A stretch of 64,000 nucleotides of DNA from Gaiellales bacterium (GTDB lineage: Bacteria > Actinomycetota > Thermoleophilia > Gaiellales > JAICJC01), in assembly GCA_035473255.1 (NCBI GenBank), contig DATIOK010000055.1, positions 1,924 to 65,923 on the forward strand. The letters run 5' to 3'. This document shows positions 1-8,028 of this stretch, piece by piece; the first letter of the stretch is position 1; every line of letters begins with the position of its first letter. The position numbers and the translations under genes were made by a program. The notes below the pieces were generated by a model, which saw nothing but the letters and a program-made list of their open reading frames with translations, was not told the origin of the DNA and searched no databases.

Positions 1-377
1 CGGCCTCGGCCGCTCAAGCGGCGCCGCGGCGTGGCCTGGACGGACACGTCGAGCGCCGTCGTGACCCCGTGCGCGGTCCACGCCGGCTTCATCGAGAGCC
101 TGCGGGGCACCCGCAGCCACAGCGTTCCGGCCGCGTAGTCGAGCGCGAACACGCCATCGGCGTGGATCCGCGGCCACTGGCTGAACGTGAGCGTGCCGTG
201 CGCGACGCCCGTCACCGGACAGGTTCCGGTCAGGTGCACCTTCAGCAGCTGGGTGCGGACGTGCTTGCCGGTGGCCGTGGCGGTGCAGGCGGCGGTGCCG
301 GCGCCGGCACGGCTCGTGCCCGACAGCAGGGCGAGCACAGCGGCGGCCACGATCAGCAGAAGGAGCCTTGGTCGCAT
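1..377 (-). CDS. Putative secreted protein, 3' end runs off the window
   Basis: Manual translation from ATG 377: MRPRLLLLIVAAAVLALLSGTSRAGAG..., signal-peptide-like; frame stays open to base 1. Not in the ORF track. Confidence 0.6.
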   Translation of the reverse strand, partial: MRPRLLLLIVAAAVLALLSGTSRAGAGTAACTATATGKHVRTQLLKVHLTGTCPVTGVAHGTLTFSQWPRIHADGVFALDYAAGTLWLRVPRRLSMKPAWTAHGVTTALDVSVQATPRRRLSGRG

Positions 378-423
378 CGGGAGCGATCTTACACCTTGTC
401 CGGTTCTGGCCCGGACCACCCCA

Positions 424-460
424 GCGCCCGGTGGGGGTCCCGACAACCCCCACCGGGCGC
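424..460 (-). terminator. Hairpin downstream of the 472-939 gene
   Basis: Perfect 14-bp stem GCGCCCGGTGGGGG / CCCCCACCGGGCGC with a 9-nt loop, just past the stop. Confidence 0.6.
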
Positions 461-471
461 AAGCTCAGCCC

Positions 472-939
472 TTACAGAGCCGCGGCCTGGCGCGGTCGCA
501 CGCGCGTCGCGGCGAAGCCTGCCAGGATCAGCAGCAGTGCGGCCACGGCGGCACCGATGGCGGCGTCAGTCCAGTCGAAGCCGCTGCTCGCGGAGACGGT
601 GGTGACTGCCGGAACGGGCTGGCTGATGACCAGAGGTACCGTCTGGTCGGTCGGTGAATCGGCGGCCGGCTGCATGACGGAGACGAGCGCCTGGTTGGTC
701 GGAGAGTCTGCGGCCGGCTGCATGACCGACACGGACGTGACTCCCTGAACCGGGAGCTTGTTGTCGAGCAGGAAGCCGGTGCGGTGGAACACGATCGTGC
801 GATTGGCCGCGGTCACGGCGGCCGAGTCGGTTGCGTCGGTGGACTGCCGGGTGGGCATGGCCTGTGCGGCCGATGCCGAGATCGCCAGCAGGCCGGCGGC
901 GACGAGGACTGTGCGGATGAGTCGAGAGGTGGTGCGCAT
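472..939 (-). CDS. Small secreted protein with C-terminal membrane anchor (paralog A)
   Basis: AAGGAG RBS before ATG 939 (MRTTSRL...); signal peptide ending AAQA; C-terminal GFDWTDAAIG + hydrophobic helix + RVRPR. Confidence 0.8.
   Translation of the reverse strand: MRTTSRLIRTVLVAAGLLAISASAAQAMPTRQSTDATDSAAVTAANRTIVFHRTGFLLDNKLPVQGVTSVSVMQPAADSPTNQALVSVMQPAADSPTDQTVPLVISQPVPAVTTVSASSGFDWTDAAIGAAVAALLLILAGFAATRVRPRQAAAL
643..732 (-). repeat. 48-bp (16-aa) intragenic tandem duplication
   Basis: VSVMQPAADSPTNQ / VSVMQPAADSPTDQ; DNA units start at 643 and 691. Confidence 0.85.
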
Positions 940-1037
940 GGGAGTGCTCTCCTTCTGGGTGGATGTGAGGCACGAAGTCATGGGCACAACCTAGGCCGAC
1001 CGCAGCGGCCCGACGACATCTCCGGATACGCCCGCAA

Positions 1038-1053
1038 TGTATTGCTCGATACA
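1038..1053. promoter_or_regulatory. Crp/Fnr-like operator TGTAT-N6-ATACA (copy 1)
   Basis: TGTATTGCTCGATACA upstream of paralog A; same 5-6-5 geometry as the CRP site TGTGA-N6-TCACA. Confidence 0.7.
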
Positions 1054-1085
1054 CAAGGCGACGGCTGCCGGACCACGGAGAGACG

Positions 1086-1112
1086 CCGGTGGGGCTCGAA
1101 GAACCCCACCGG
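1086..1112 (-). terminator. Hairpin downstream of the 1128-1514 gene
   Basis: Stem CCGGTGGGG / CCCCACCGG, homologous to the 424-460 hairpin. Confidence 0.55.
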
Positions 1113-1127
1113 GCGCAGCAACGGCAG

Positions 1128-1514
1128 CTACATCTGAACCGTCTGCCGAGGCCGGACGTGGGTTGCGGCGACGGCCGCCAGGATCAGCACTACGGACGCC
1201 ACGAGGGCGCCGATTGCGGCGTCGGCCCAGTCGAAGCCGTTGTCCGCGGACTGTGCGGAGACGGGCTGGGCGATGACCGGCGGCGCGGTGTGGAGCCGGT
1301 GGCCGAGCACGAAGCCCGACCTGTGGAGAACCACCGGGCCGCCGGGCGAATGCGACACGACCGGCAGCTGATGGTGAGCGGCCGTGAAGCCGAGCGGATC
1401 ACGGTCTGTCACGTTCGCGGGACCCAACGCCATCGCCTGGGCGGCGGTGGCAGACACGGCCATCAGGCCGGCGGCCACGAGAACGATCCGGAACAGTCGA
1501 GAGGTGGTGTGCAT
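1128..1514 (-). CDS. Small secreted protein with C-terminal membrane anchor (paralog B)
   Basis: AAGGAG RBS before ATG 1514 (MHTTSRL...); shares the signal peptide, the LHRSGF/FHRTGF motif and the GFDW-DAAIG tail with paralog A. Confidence 0.8.
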   Translation of the reverse strand: MHTTSRLFRIVLVAAGLMAVSATAAQAMALGPANVTDRDPLGFTAAHHQLPVVSHSPGGPVVLHRSGFVLGHRLHTAPPVIAQPVSAQSADNGFDWADAAIGALVASVVLILAAVAATHVRPRQTVQM

Positions 1515-1613
1515 TGGAGTGGTCTCCTTCTCTTGAGGTGTGCGGCTCGACGTCATGGACGCAACCTAGGCACCCCGCGAGCCCACCCGCGACCTCCCGG
1601 GATACGCACCCAA

Positions 1614-1629
1614 TGTATGATCCGATACA
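1614..1629. promoter_or_regulatory. Crp/Fnr-like operator TGTAT-N6-ATACA (copy 2)
   Basis: TGTATGATCCGATACA between paralog B and the divergent Crp/Fnr gene. Confidence 0.7.
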
Positions 1630-1649
1630 CAAGCGGAAGGGGCGTGGCG

Positions 1650-2294
1650 GTGTCCGACTGGGCGATCCTGAGCGCACTCGGCGACGACGAGGCCCGGGGA
1701 GTGCTGACGTCGGCGCGGCGGCGCAGGTTCAAGCGCGGCGAGGTCGTCTTCCACCGCGGCGACCCGGCCGACACGCTGCATCTGGTCAGCAGCGGATGCC
1801 TGGCGGTGCGGGTGATCACCCCGCTGGGAAGCGTCGCCACCCTCCAGCTGGTGGGGCCGGGCGAGTGCTTCGGCGAGCTGGCGCTGCTGGGCGGGACGCA
1901 GGTGCGCAGCGCCAAGGTCGAGTCGATCTCGGCCAGCGAGACGTACGCGCTGTCGCGCACCGACCTCGACCGCCTGCGCGCGCAGCACCGGGAGATCGAC
2001 GTGTTCCTGGTGGAGCTGCTCGGGCAGCGCGTGGCCGAGCTGACCGAGCGCCTGGTCGAGGCCCTCTACACGCCGGCGCCAAGGCGCGTCCGCCTGATGC
2101 TGGACGGGCTCGCCGAGCGGTACCGGGAACCGTCCGGACGGGCCACGATCCCGCTCACGCAGGACGACCTGGCCGGCCTCGCCGGCACCTCCCGGCTGAC
2201 GGTGAACCGCGTGCTGCACGAGCTGCAGCGCGCCGGCCATGTCGAGATCGGCCGTGGCCGCGTCACGGTGCTGGCAGGCGGCGCCGAGCGGTGA
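1650..2294 (+). CDS. Crp/Fnr family transcriptional regulator
   Basis: cNMP-binding domain (VFHRGDPAD, GECFGELALL, RSA) and C-terminal HTH (LTQDDLAGLAGTSRLTVNRVL); start placed at GTG 1650. Confidence 0.92.
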   Translation: MSDWAILSALGDDEARGVLTSARRRRFKRGEVVFHRGDPADTLHLVSSGCLAVRVITPLGSVATLQLVGPGECFGELALLGGTQVRSAKVESISASETYALSRTDLDRLRAQHREIDVFLVELLGQRVAELTERLVEALYTPAPRRVRLMLDGLAERYREPSGRATIPLTQDDLAGLAGTSRLTVNRVLHELQRAGHVEIGRGRVTVLAGGAER

Positions 2295-2318
2295 CCGGGC
2301 GCGCATAGACTGCGCCCC

Positions 2319-3392
2319 ATGACCGATGACTGGCACACCGAGGACTTCCCGGAGCTGCGCCCCCACCCGCCCTGGGTGATGCAGGAGATGATCGAGGCCG
2401 AGCCCCCGCTGCTCGAGCGGATCGCAACCACGAGCGACACGGCAGCGCTGGCGCTGCTGCTGAAGGTGGACGGTCCACTGACGGTGGTCGGCTGCGGCAC
2501 CAGCGAGCACGCGGCGCTGGCCGCGGCGGAGATCCTGACCGAGGCCGGCACGCCGGCCGGATCACGGCAGGCGTACGAGGCGGCACTTGACCCACAGCAG
2601 GGCGGCGCCGTGCTTGGCATCTCCCACGAGGGCGGCACCTGGGCCACGATCGAGGCGCTCGAGGCGGCCCGCCGCGCCGGATCGGGCACCGCCCTGATCA
2701 CCGCACGGGGCGAGAGCAAGGCCACCGAGCAGGCCGACGCTGTGCTGGTCACGCCCATGGTCGACCGCAGCTGGTGCCACACGGTCGGGTACACGTCGCC
2801 GATCGCAGCCACGCTGGCCCTGGCCGGTAAGCCGTCCCCCGGCCTGGTCGAGACGCTGGTCACGGCCGGGGTCAGCGACCGTGCCTCCGTCACGGCCGTG
2901 GCCGATGCCCTGAACAGCTGCGACCATCTGATCGTGGTCGGGTCGGGCGCCGACCGCATCGCCGCCCGCGAGCTGACCCTGAAGATCGAGGAGGCGGCCC
3001 ACATCCCGACCGCGATGCGGGATCTCGAGACGTTCCTGCACGGCCACCTGCCGGCCTGCGACGAGCGCACCGGGCTGGTGCTGATCGAGCACGAGCGACG
3101 GCGCTCGGGCCCCCGCCGCGAGCTCGGCCAGATGGTGCTGCAGGCGTCCGCTCGGGTGGGTGTGCGGTGTGCCGTGATCGGCCGCCAGGCACCCGACCCG
3201 GGCATGGCCGCCGCCGGCTACGTGCCGACGCCGGTCGCGGATGCGCTTCCGGCCGCGGCCGAGGCGCTGCTGGCGACGGCACCCGCCGTGCAGTGGCTGG
3301 CGCATGAACTGGCGGTGGCGCGCGGCGTCAACCCCGACCTGATCCGGCGCGAGCAGGAGGCGTACCGCGAGGCGGCCAAGTTCCGTGGGTAG
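2319..3392 (+). CDS. SIS-domain sugar-phosphate isomerase/deaminase/deglycase (GlmS C-terminal/FrlB-like)
   Basis: MxQEMxxEP start, GCGTSEHA, GISHEGGT, ELTLKIEE, LHGH; two SIS domains. Confidence 0.85.
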   Translation: MTDDWHTEDFPELRPHPPWVMQEMIEAEPPLLERIATTSDTAALALLLKVDGPLTVVGCGTSEHAALAAAEILTEAGTPAGSRQAYEAALDPQQGGAVLGISHEGGTWATIEALEAARRAGSGTALITARGESKATEQADAVLVTPMVDRSWCHTVGYTSPIAATLALAGKPSPGLVETLVTAGVSDRASVTAVADALNSCDHLIVVGSGADRIAARELTLKIEEAAHIPTAMRDLETFLHGHLPACDERTGLVLIEHERRRSGPRRELGQMVLQASARVGVRCAVIGRQAPDPGMAAAGYVPTPVADALPAAAEALLATAPAVQWLAHELAVARGVNPDLIRREQEAYREAAKFRG

Positions 3393-4095
3393 GGCGCTGC
3401 ACATCCAGAACGAGTCGACCGACCCCGCCGGGCTGTTCGTGGACGCGCTCGAGCAGCAGGGATTCACGGTCGACACGTTGCACCCCTACGCCGGGGACGA
3501 GCTGCCCGCGTCGCTGGACGGGATCGACGCCCTGGTCGCCGGGGGCGGCCTGGTCGACACGCACCAAGCCGGCGAGCACCCCTGGCTGGCGCAGGAGATC
3601 GAGCTCGTGCGCGAGGCGCTCGAGCGGCGCACCCCGTACATGGGCCTGTGCCTGGGCGCGCAGGTGCTGACCGAGGCCGCGGGCGGCACCGTCTACCGAT
3701 GTGAGCCGCACGAGATCGGCTGGCACGAGGTGGAGCTGACGCCGGCCGCTGAGGACGACGCCCTGTTCGACGGGCTGCCGCCGCGGTTCCAGGCGATGCA
3801 GTGGCACTACTACGCCTGCCGTCCCAGCAACGGCGCCGTCGAGTTGATGACCAACCCGGTGTCGCTGCAGGCGCTGCGGGTCGGCGACGCCGCATGGGGC
3901 ACCCAGTTCCACATCGAGGTGACACGGCCGGTGCTCCTGACCTGGCTGGACATGGGCGGCGACGACCTGGCCGCGAACGGCTATCCCCGTGACCGGTTCC
4001 TGGAGTCGCTGGATCAGCACCTCGCGACCCACCAGCAGGTGGGCCGCACGCTGGCCGAACGCTTCGCGCGGTTCGCTACGCGGCCAGCAGGCTGA
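3385..4095 (+). CDS. Class I glutamine amidotransferase-like protein
   Basis: GLCLGAQ nucleophile elbow, QWH, QFHIE (Cys-His-Glu triad); overlaps the SIS gene stop. Confidence 0.85.
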   Translation: MGRALHIQNESTDPAGLFVDALEQQGFTVDTLHPYAGDELPASLDGIDALVAGGGLVDTHQAGEHPWLAQEIELVREALERRTPYMGLCLGAQVLTEAAGGTVYRCEPHEIGWHEVELTPAAEDDALFDGLPPRFQAMQWHYYACRPSNGAVELMTNPVSLQALRVGDAAWGTQFHIEVTRPVLLTWLDMGGDDLAANGYPRDRFLESLDQHLATHQQVGRTLAERFARFATRPAG

Positions 4096-4648
4096 GCTCG
4101 GCCGCGTACTCGGGCCGCTCTGCCAGGCGGTCACACCAGGCGGCGATCGCCGGGTACTGACCGATGTCGACGCCGACCCGGTACAGACGCGTGATCCAGG
4201 GCCAGACGCCGGGCTCGGCCAGCGTGTAGCTGTCGCCGACCAGGTAATCGCTGTGCTCGAGCTGCGCCGACACCCACTGGAGCTCCGCGTGCAGCGCCTC
4301 GATCGCCCCCTCCTCCTCCCGGCGGGCGGCGTAGAACGCGTCGGAGAGATCCTCGAACCGGCGCAGCACCATCCGCACGCGGGCGCGCTCAGCCGGGTCG
4401 GACGGCATCATCGCCGGCTCCGGGTGCGTCTCGTCGAGATAGTCGTTGAGCGCCTCGGACTCCCACAGCACCTGCCCGTCCACGTCCAGGACGGGCACCC
4501 GGTTGCGCGGGTTCAGCTCGCGCAGCCAGGCCGGCTTGTCGGGCAGGTCGACATGCACCAGGTCGTACTCGATGCCCTTGCCGTTCAGCACCAGACGGGT
4601 GCGCACGCAATAGGGGCAGATGTCTGCTGAGTAGAGAGTGATTGACAT
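4076..4648 (-). CDS. Glutathione S-transferase family protein
   Basis: CPYC motif, NPRNRVPVL, WESEAL, C-terminal YLVGDSYTLA. Confidence 0.85.
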   Translation of the reverse strand: MSITLYSADICPYCVRTRLVLNGKGIEYDLVHVDLPDKPAWLRELNPRNRVPVLDVDGQVLWESEALNDYLDETHPEPAMMPSDPAERARVRMVLRRFEDLSDAFYAARREEEGAIEALHAELQWVSAQLEHSDYLVGDSYTLAEPGVWPWITRLYRVGVDIGQYPAIAAWCDRLAERPEYAAELSLLAA

Positions 4649-4715
4649 CGCAACGAACTCTAGCCCAAGATCTAGGCCCCTGCTAGATGGTTGATTCCAC
4701 GGGTATGGTGCGGTC

Positions 4716-5363
4716 GTGACCGACGGCTACCAGGTGATCGCGATCAGCGACGTGCCGTCCCTGGCGGTGGTGAACGGGACGCTGCAGTGGCGGCCGCTGC
4801 GCCGTACGCTGGGGGTGCGCGCGTTCGGCATCAACGCCTACACCGCGGTCAACGCCGGCGACGAGGTGGTCGAGGAGCACACCGAGACCGGGCTCGGGCA
4901 CGAGGAGGTCTACCTGGTGCTGAACGGCCGGGCGACGTTCACGGTGGACGGCGAGACCAGCGACGTCCCTGCCGGCTCCCTGGTGCACCTGGCCGATCCG
5001 GCGCTGAAGCGCCACGCCGTTGCTGCGGAGCCGAACACGACCGTGCTCGCGATCGGCGGAAAGCCGGGCGAGGCCTTCACGCCGTCGGCGTGGGAGCACT
5101 ACTTCGCGGCCGACGCGGTCGCGAAGGGCGGAGATCCGGATGCGGCCTACGAGATGCTCATGACCGGCCTTGCCGAGCACCCCGGCAACACGTCGATCCT
5201 CTACAACGCGGCCTGCTACCGCGCGCTGTCCGGCCACGGCGACGAGGCGATCGAGCTGCTGTCGCGGGCCTACGCGGGCGATCCCGACGGGGTGCGCAGG
5301 TGGTCGGCCGGCGACAGCGACCTCGACTCGATCCGCGACCGGCCGGACTGGCCGATTAGGTAA
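4716..5363 (+). CDS. Cupin-domain protein with C-terminal TPR-like helices
   Basis: EEHTE..HEEVYLVLNGRATFTVDG cupin motif; LYNAACYRAL...DSDLDSIR TPR-type tail. Confidence 0.7.
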   Translation: MTDGYQVIAISDVPSLAVVNGTLQWRPLRRTLGVRAFGINAYTAVNAGDEVVEEHTETGLGHEEVYLVLNGRATFTVDGETSDVPAGSLVHLADPALKRHAVAAEPNTTVLAIGGKPGEAFTPSAWEHYFAADAVAKGGDPDAAYEMLMTGLAEHPGNTSILYNAACYRALSGHGDEAIELLSRAYAGDPDGVRRWSAGDSDLDSIRDRPDWPIR

Positions 5364-5973
5364 CGATCACGATCTCCAGCCGGCGAGGGCCGTGCACGCC
5401 CTCGACCCGCGACAGCTCGATGTCGGAGGTGGCGGACGGCCCCGAGATCAGCGTCAGCGGGGCGCGGCGCCGCCGTACCGACGGCTCCACCCGCTGGAAC
5501 GCCTCGCTGACCGAGGCACACACGAGCTCGGCCGGGACCACGCAGATGTGCAGGTCGGGCACCAGCGTCAGCGCGCGGATGCCCTGCCCGGGCCCGCCGT
5601 CCAGCACGATGGTGCCGGTCTCCGCGATGGCGGCGGCGCAGCCGGTGAGCACGCCGTCCACCCGATCCAGCGCCGAGACCGTCGCATCGCCCGTCGCCTC
5701 CACCCCGGGCGGGAGCCAGCCCTCCGGCAGATCCTGCGGCACGGCCAGACGGCGGGCACCCTGCGCGGCGCAGATCTCGGCGACCCGCGCGGCGACGGCG
5801 GCCTCACCGACGCGGTGCACGGCGGCGCGGTACTCGCCGGCCCGCTCCGCGAACAGCGCGACCGGGTCGGCCGGCGCGGGCGGCGGCGGCAGCAGCACGG
5901 CCGCGGCCGGCTGCGTCCGGGCGACCAGGGCCGCGCGGATGCGGCCCAGCACGACCTCACGGGCGTCGCTCAT
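5356..5973 (-). CDS. lutC: Lactate utilization protein C (LUD domain)
   Basis: AIAETGTIVL, RALTLVPDLH, ISGPSATSDIE motifs; third gene of lutABC. Confidence 0.9.
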   Translation of the reverse strand: MSDAREVVLGRIRAALVARTQPAAAVLLPPPPAPADPVALFAERAGEYRAAVHRVGEAAVAARVAEICAAQGARRLAVPQDLPEGWLPPGVEATGDATVSALDRVDGVLTGCAAAIAETGTIVLDGGPGQGIRALTLVPDLHICVVPAELVCASVSEAFQRVEPSVRRRRAPLTLISGPSATSDIELSRVEGVHGPRRLEIVIVT

Positions 5974-7333
5974 GCCACCACTCCCGGAAGCTCTGCGGGG
6001 CAACGGCGGGCAGATCGCGCCCGGCCGTCCACGCCCTCATCGGGCCGGCGCCGGCCACGCGCGCGGGCAGCACGCGCGCCAGCCGCTGCGCCCGCCGGTA
6101 GCGGCCGGCGTCTGCAAACAGCCACGCCAGCGTGCGCATCGCCCGCCGCTCGGCTCCGCGCTTGGGCGTCAGGCCGCGCAGATGCACCAGCACGCGCGGG
6201 ATGTCGATCTTGACCGGGCACACCTCGTAGCAGGCGCCGCATAGGCTGGAGGCGTAGGGCAGGCTGGCGGCCGCGCCGATGCCCTCGAGCTGTGGCGTCA
6301 GGATCGCCCCGATTGGCCCCGGGTAGATCGATCCGTAGGCATGTCCGCCGGTGCGCTCGTAGACCGGGCACACGTTCAGGCATGCCGAGCAGCGGATGCA
6401 GTGCAGCGCCTCGCGCCCGACCGCGTCGCGCAGCACGTCGCTGCGGCCGTTGTCGAGCAGGACGACGTGCACTTCGCCGGGGCCGTCGCCGGGCGTGACG
6501 CCGGTCCAGAGCGAGGTGTAGGGGTTCATGCGCTCGCCGGTGGAGCTGCGCGGGAGCAGCTGCATGAACACGGCCAGGTGCTCGAAGCGGGGCAGGAGCT
6601 TCTCGATCCCGACCACACTGATCAGCACCTCCGGAAGCGTGGTGCACATGCGGCCGTTTCCCTCCGACTCGAGCACGACCAGGGTGCCGGTCTCGGCGAT
6701 CGCGAAGTTGGCGCCGCTGATGCCGACGCGGGCGCGCAAGAACCGCTCGCGCAGGTGGATGCGGGCCGCCTCGGCCAGCGCAGCGGGATCGTCCGACAGG
6801 TCGTCGGGGCCGATGGTGCGCCGGAGCAGGTCGCGGATCTCGGTGCGGTTGCGGTGGATGGCCGGCACCAGGATGTGCGACGACCAGTCGCCGTCGAGCT
6901 GCAGGATCAGCTCCGCGAAGTCGGTCTCGAGCGCCTCCACTCCGCGCGCCGCAAGCGCGTCGTTGAGCCCGATCTCGTCGGTCGTGAGCGACTTCACCTT
7001 GACCACCTCATGCTCGCCGTGGTCTGCGACGATGCCCGCGACCAGGTCGTTGGCAGCGTCTCCATCGGCCGCCCAGTGCACGGTCGCACCGGCCTCGGTG
7101 GCCGCCCGCTCGAACTCGACCAAGTAGGTGTCCAGGTTGGCCATCACGTCGCGCTTGATCGCCGCACCGGCCTCGCGCAGCTGCTGCCAGTTGTCAAGCT
7201 CGTCAACGACTGCGGCCCGCTTGGCACGGATCGTGCGGGTGGCGTGGCCGAGGTTCCGCCGCAGCTGCGTGTTTCGCAGCTCCACGTGCGCGGCCTGCGG
7301 GAAGGTGGCGCCGCCGCGCCTGGCGCTGCTCAC
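5957..7333 (-). CDS. lutB: Lactate utilization protein B (Fe-S)
   Basis: KVKSLTTDEIGLN, ETDFAE, SHILVPAIH, CIRCSACLNVCP, SSLCGACYEVCPVKI; start GTG 7333. Confidence 0.93.
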   Translation of the reverse strand: MSSARRGGATFPQAAHVELRNTQLRRNLGHATRTIRAKRAAVVDELDNWQQLREAGAAIKRDVMANLDTYLVEFERAATEAGATVHWAADGDAANDLVAGIVADHGEHEVVKVKSLTTDEIGLNDALAARGVEALETDFAELILQLDGDWSSHILVPAIHRNRTEIRDLLRRTIGPDDLSDDPAALAEAARIHLRERFLRARVGISGANFAIAETGTLVVLESEGNGRMCTTLPEVLISVVGIEKLLPRFEHLAVFMQLLPRSSTGERMNPYTSLWTGVTPGDGPGEVHVVLLDNGRSDVLRDAVGREALHCIRCSACLNVCPVYERTGGHAYGSIYPGPIGAILTPQLEGIGAAASLPYASSLCGACYEVCPVKIDIPRVLVHLRGLTPKRGAERRAMRTLAWLFADAGRYRRAQRLARVLPARVAGAGPMRAWTAGRDLPAVAPQSFREWWHERRP

Positions 7334-8001
7334 GTCGCCGCCAGGATCTCGGCCAGGTGCAGGGTGCGCAGCGGCGAGCCGCGCCGCGACAGCCCGCCGC
7401 CGATCTGCATCAGGCAGGAGTTGTCGACGGCGGTGACGGCCTCCGCGCCGCTGCGCTCGATGGCCGACAGCTTGTCGTCGAGCATCGCCATCGACACCTC
7501 CGCGTTCTTGACCGCGAAGGTACCGCCGAAGCCGCAGCACTGATCGGCCTCGTCGATCTCGACCAGTTCCAGGCCCTCGACGGCGGCCAGCAGCCGGCCG
7601 GGCCCGTCCCCCACCCGCAGCGCGCGCAGCGAGTGACAGGTGGGGTGATATGCGACGCGTGCCCGGTACCGGGCGCCGACGTCCTCGACCCCGAGCACGC
7701 CGGTCAGGAACTGCGACAGCTCGTGCACCGGCAGGCCCGGGGCGTGCTCCAGCACGTGGCCGGCGCACGAGGCCGACGGGGTCACGATCGCCTCTGCGCC
7801 GTCGAACACCCGCCGCATCCGCGCCGCCAGCTCCAGCCCCTGCTCGCGGTAGCCGCTGTTCATGTGCATCTGCCCGCAGCAGGTCTGCTCCGGGCGGAAC
7901 TCGACGTCGTGCCCGAGCCGCTCCAGCAGCTCCACCATCGCCCTGCCGGTCTGCGGGAACAGTGTGTCGTTGAAGCAGGTGATGAAGACCGAAACTCTCA
8001 C
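7330..8001 (-). CDS. lutA: Lactate utilization protein A (CCG domains)
   Basis: FITCFND, QTCCGQ, YHPTCH, CCGFGGTF; start GTG 8001. Confidence 0.93.
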   Translation of the reverse strand: MRVSVFITCFNDTLFPQTGRAMVELLERLGHDVEFRPEQTCCGQMHMNSGYREQGLELAARMRRVFDGAEAIVTPSASCAGHVLEHAPGLPVHELSQFLTGVLGVEDVGARYRARVAYHPTCHSLRALRVGDGPGRLLAAVEGLELVEIDEADQCCGFGGTFAVKNAEVSMAMLDDKLSAIERSGAEAVTAVDNSCLMQIGGGLSRRGSPLRTLHLAEILAAT

Positions 8002-8028
8002 GGCCCGGTCACATCCGAGCAAGGCCCG

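Noticed and set aside
4076-4648. GST in an actinobacterium as a novelty
   Set aside because: GST-family genes occur sporadically in this phylum; nothing in the context suggests a special system
7334-7768. N-terminal extension of LutB in the ORF track (also extensions of the MFS, SBP, aminotransferase III and P-loop kinase ORFs)
   Set aside because: They overlap real upstream genes in other frames; GTGA/ATGA-coupled or RBS-supported starts lie downstream
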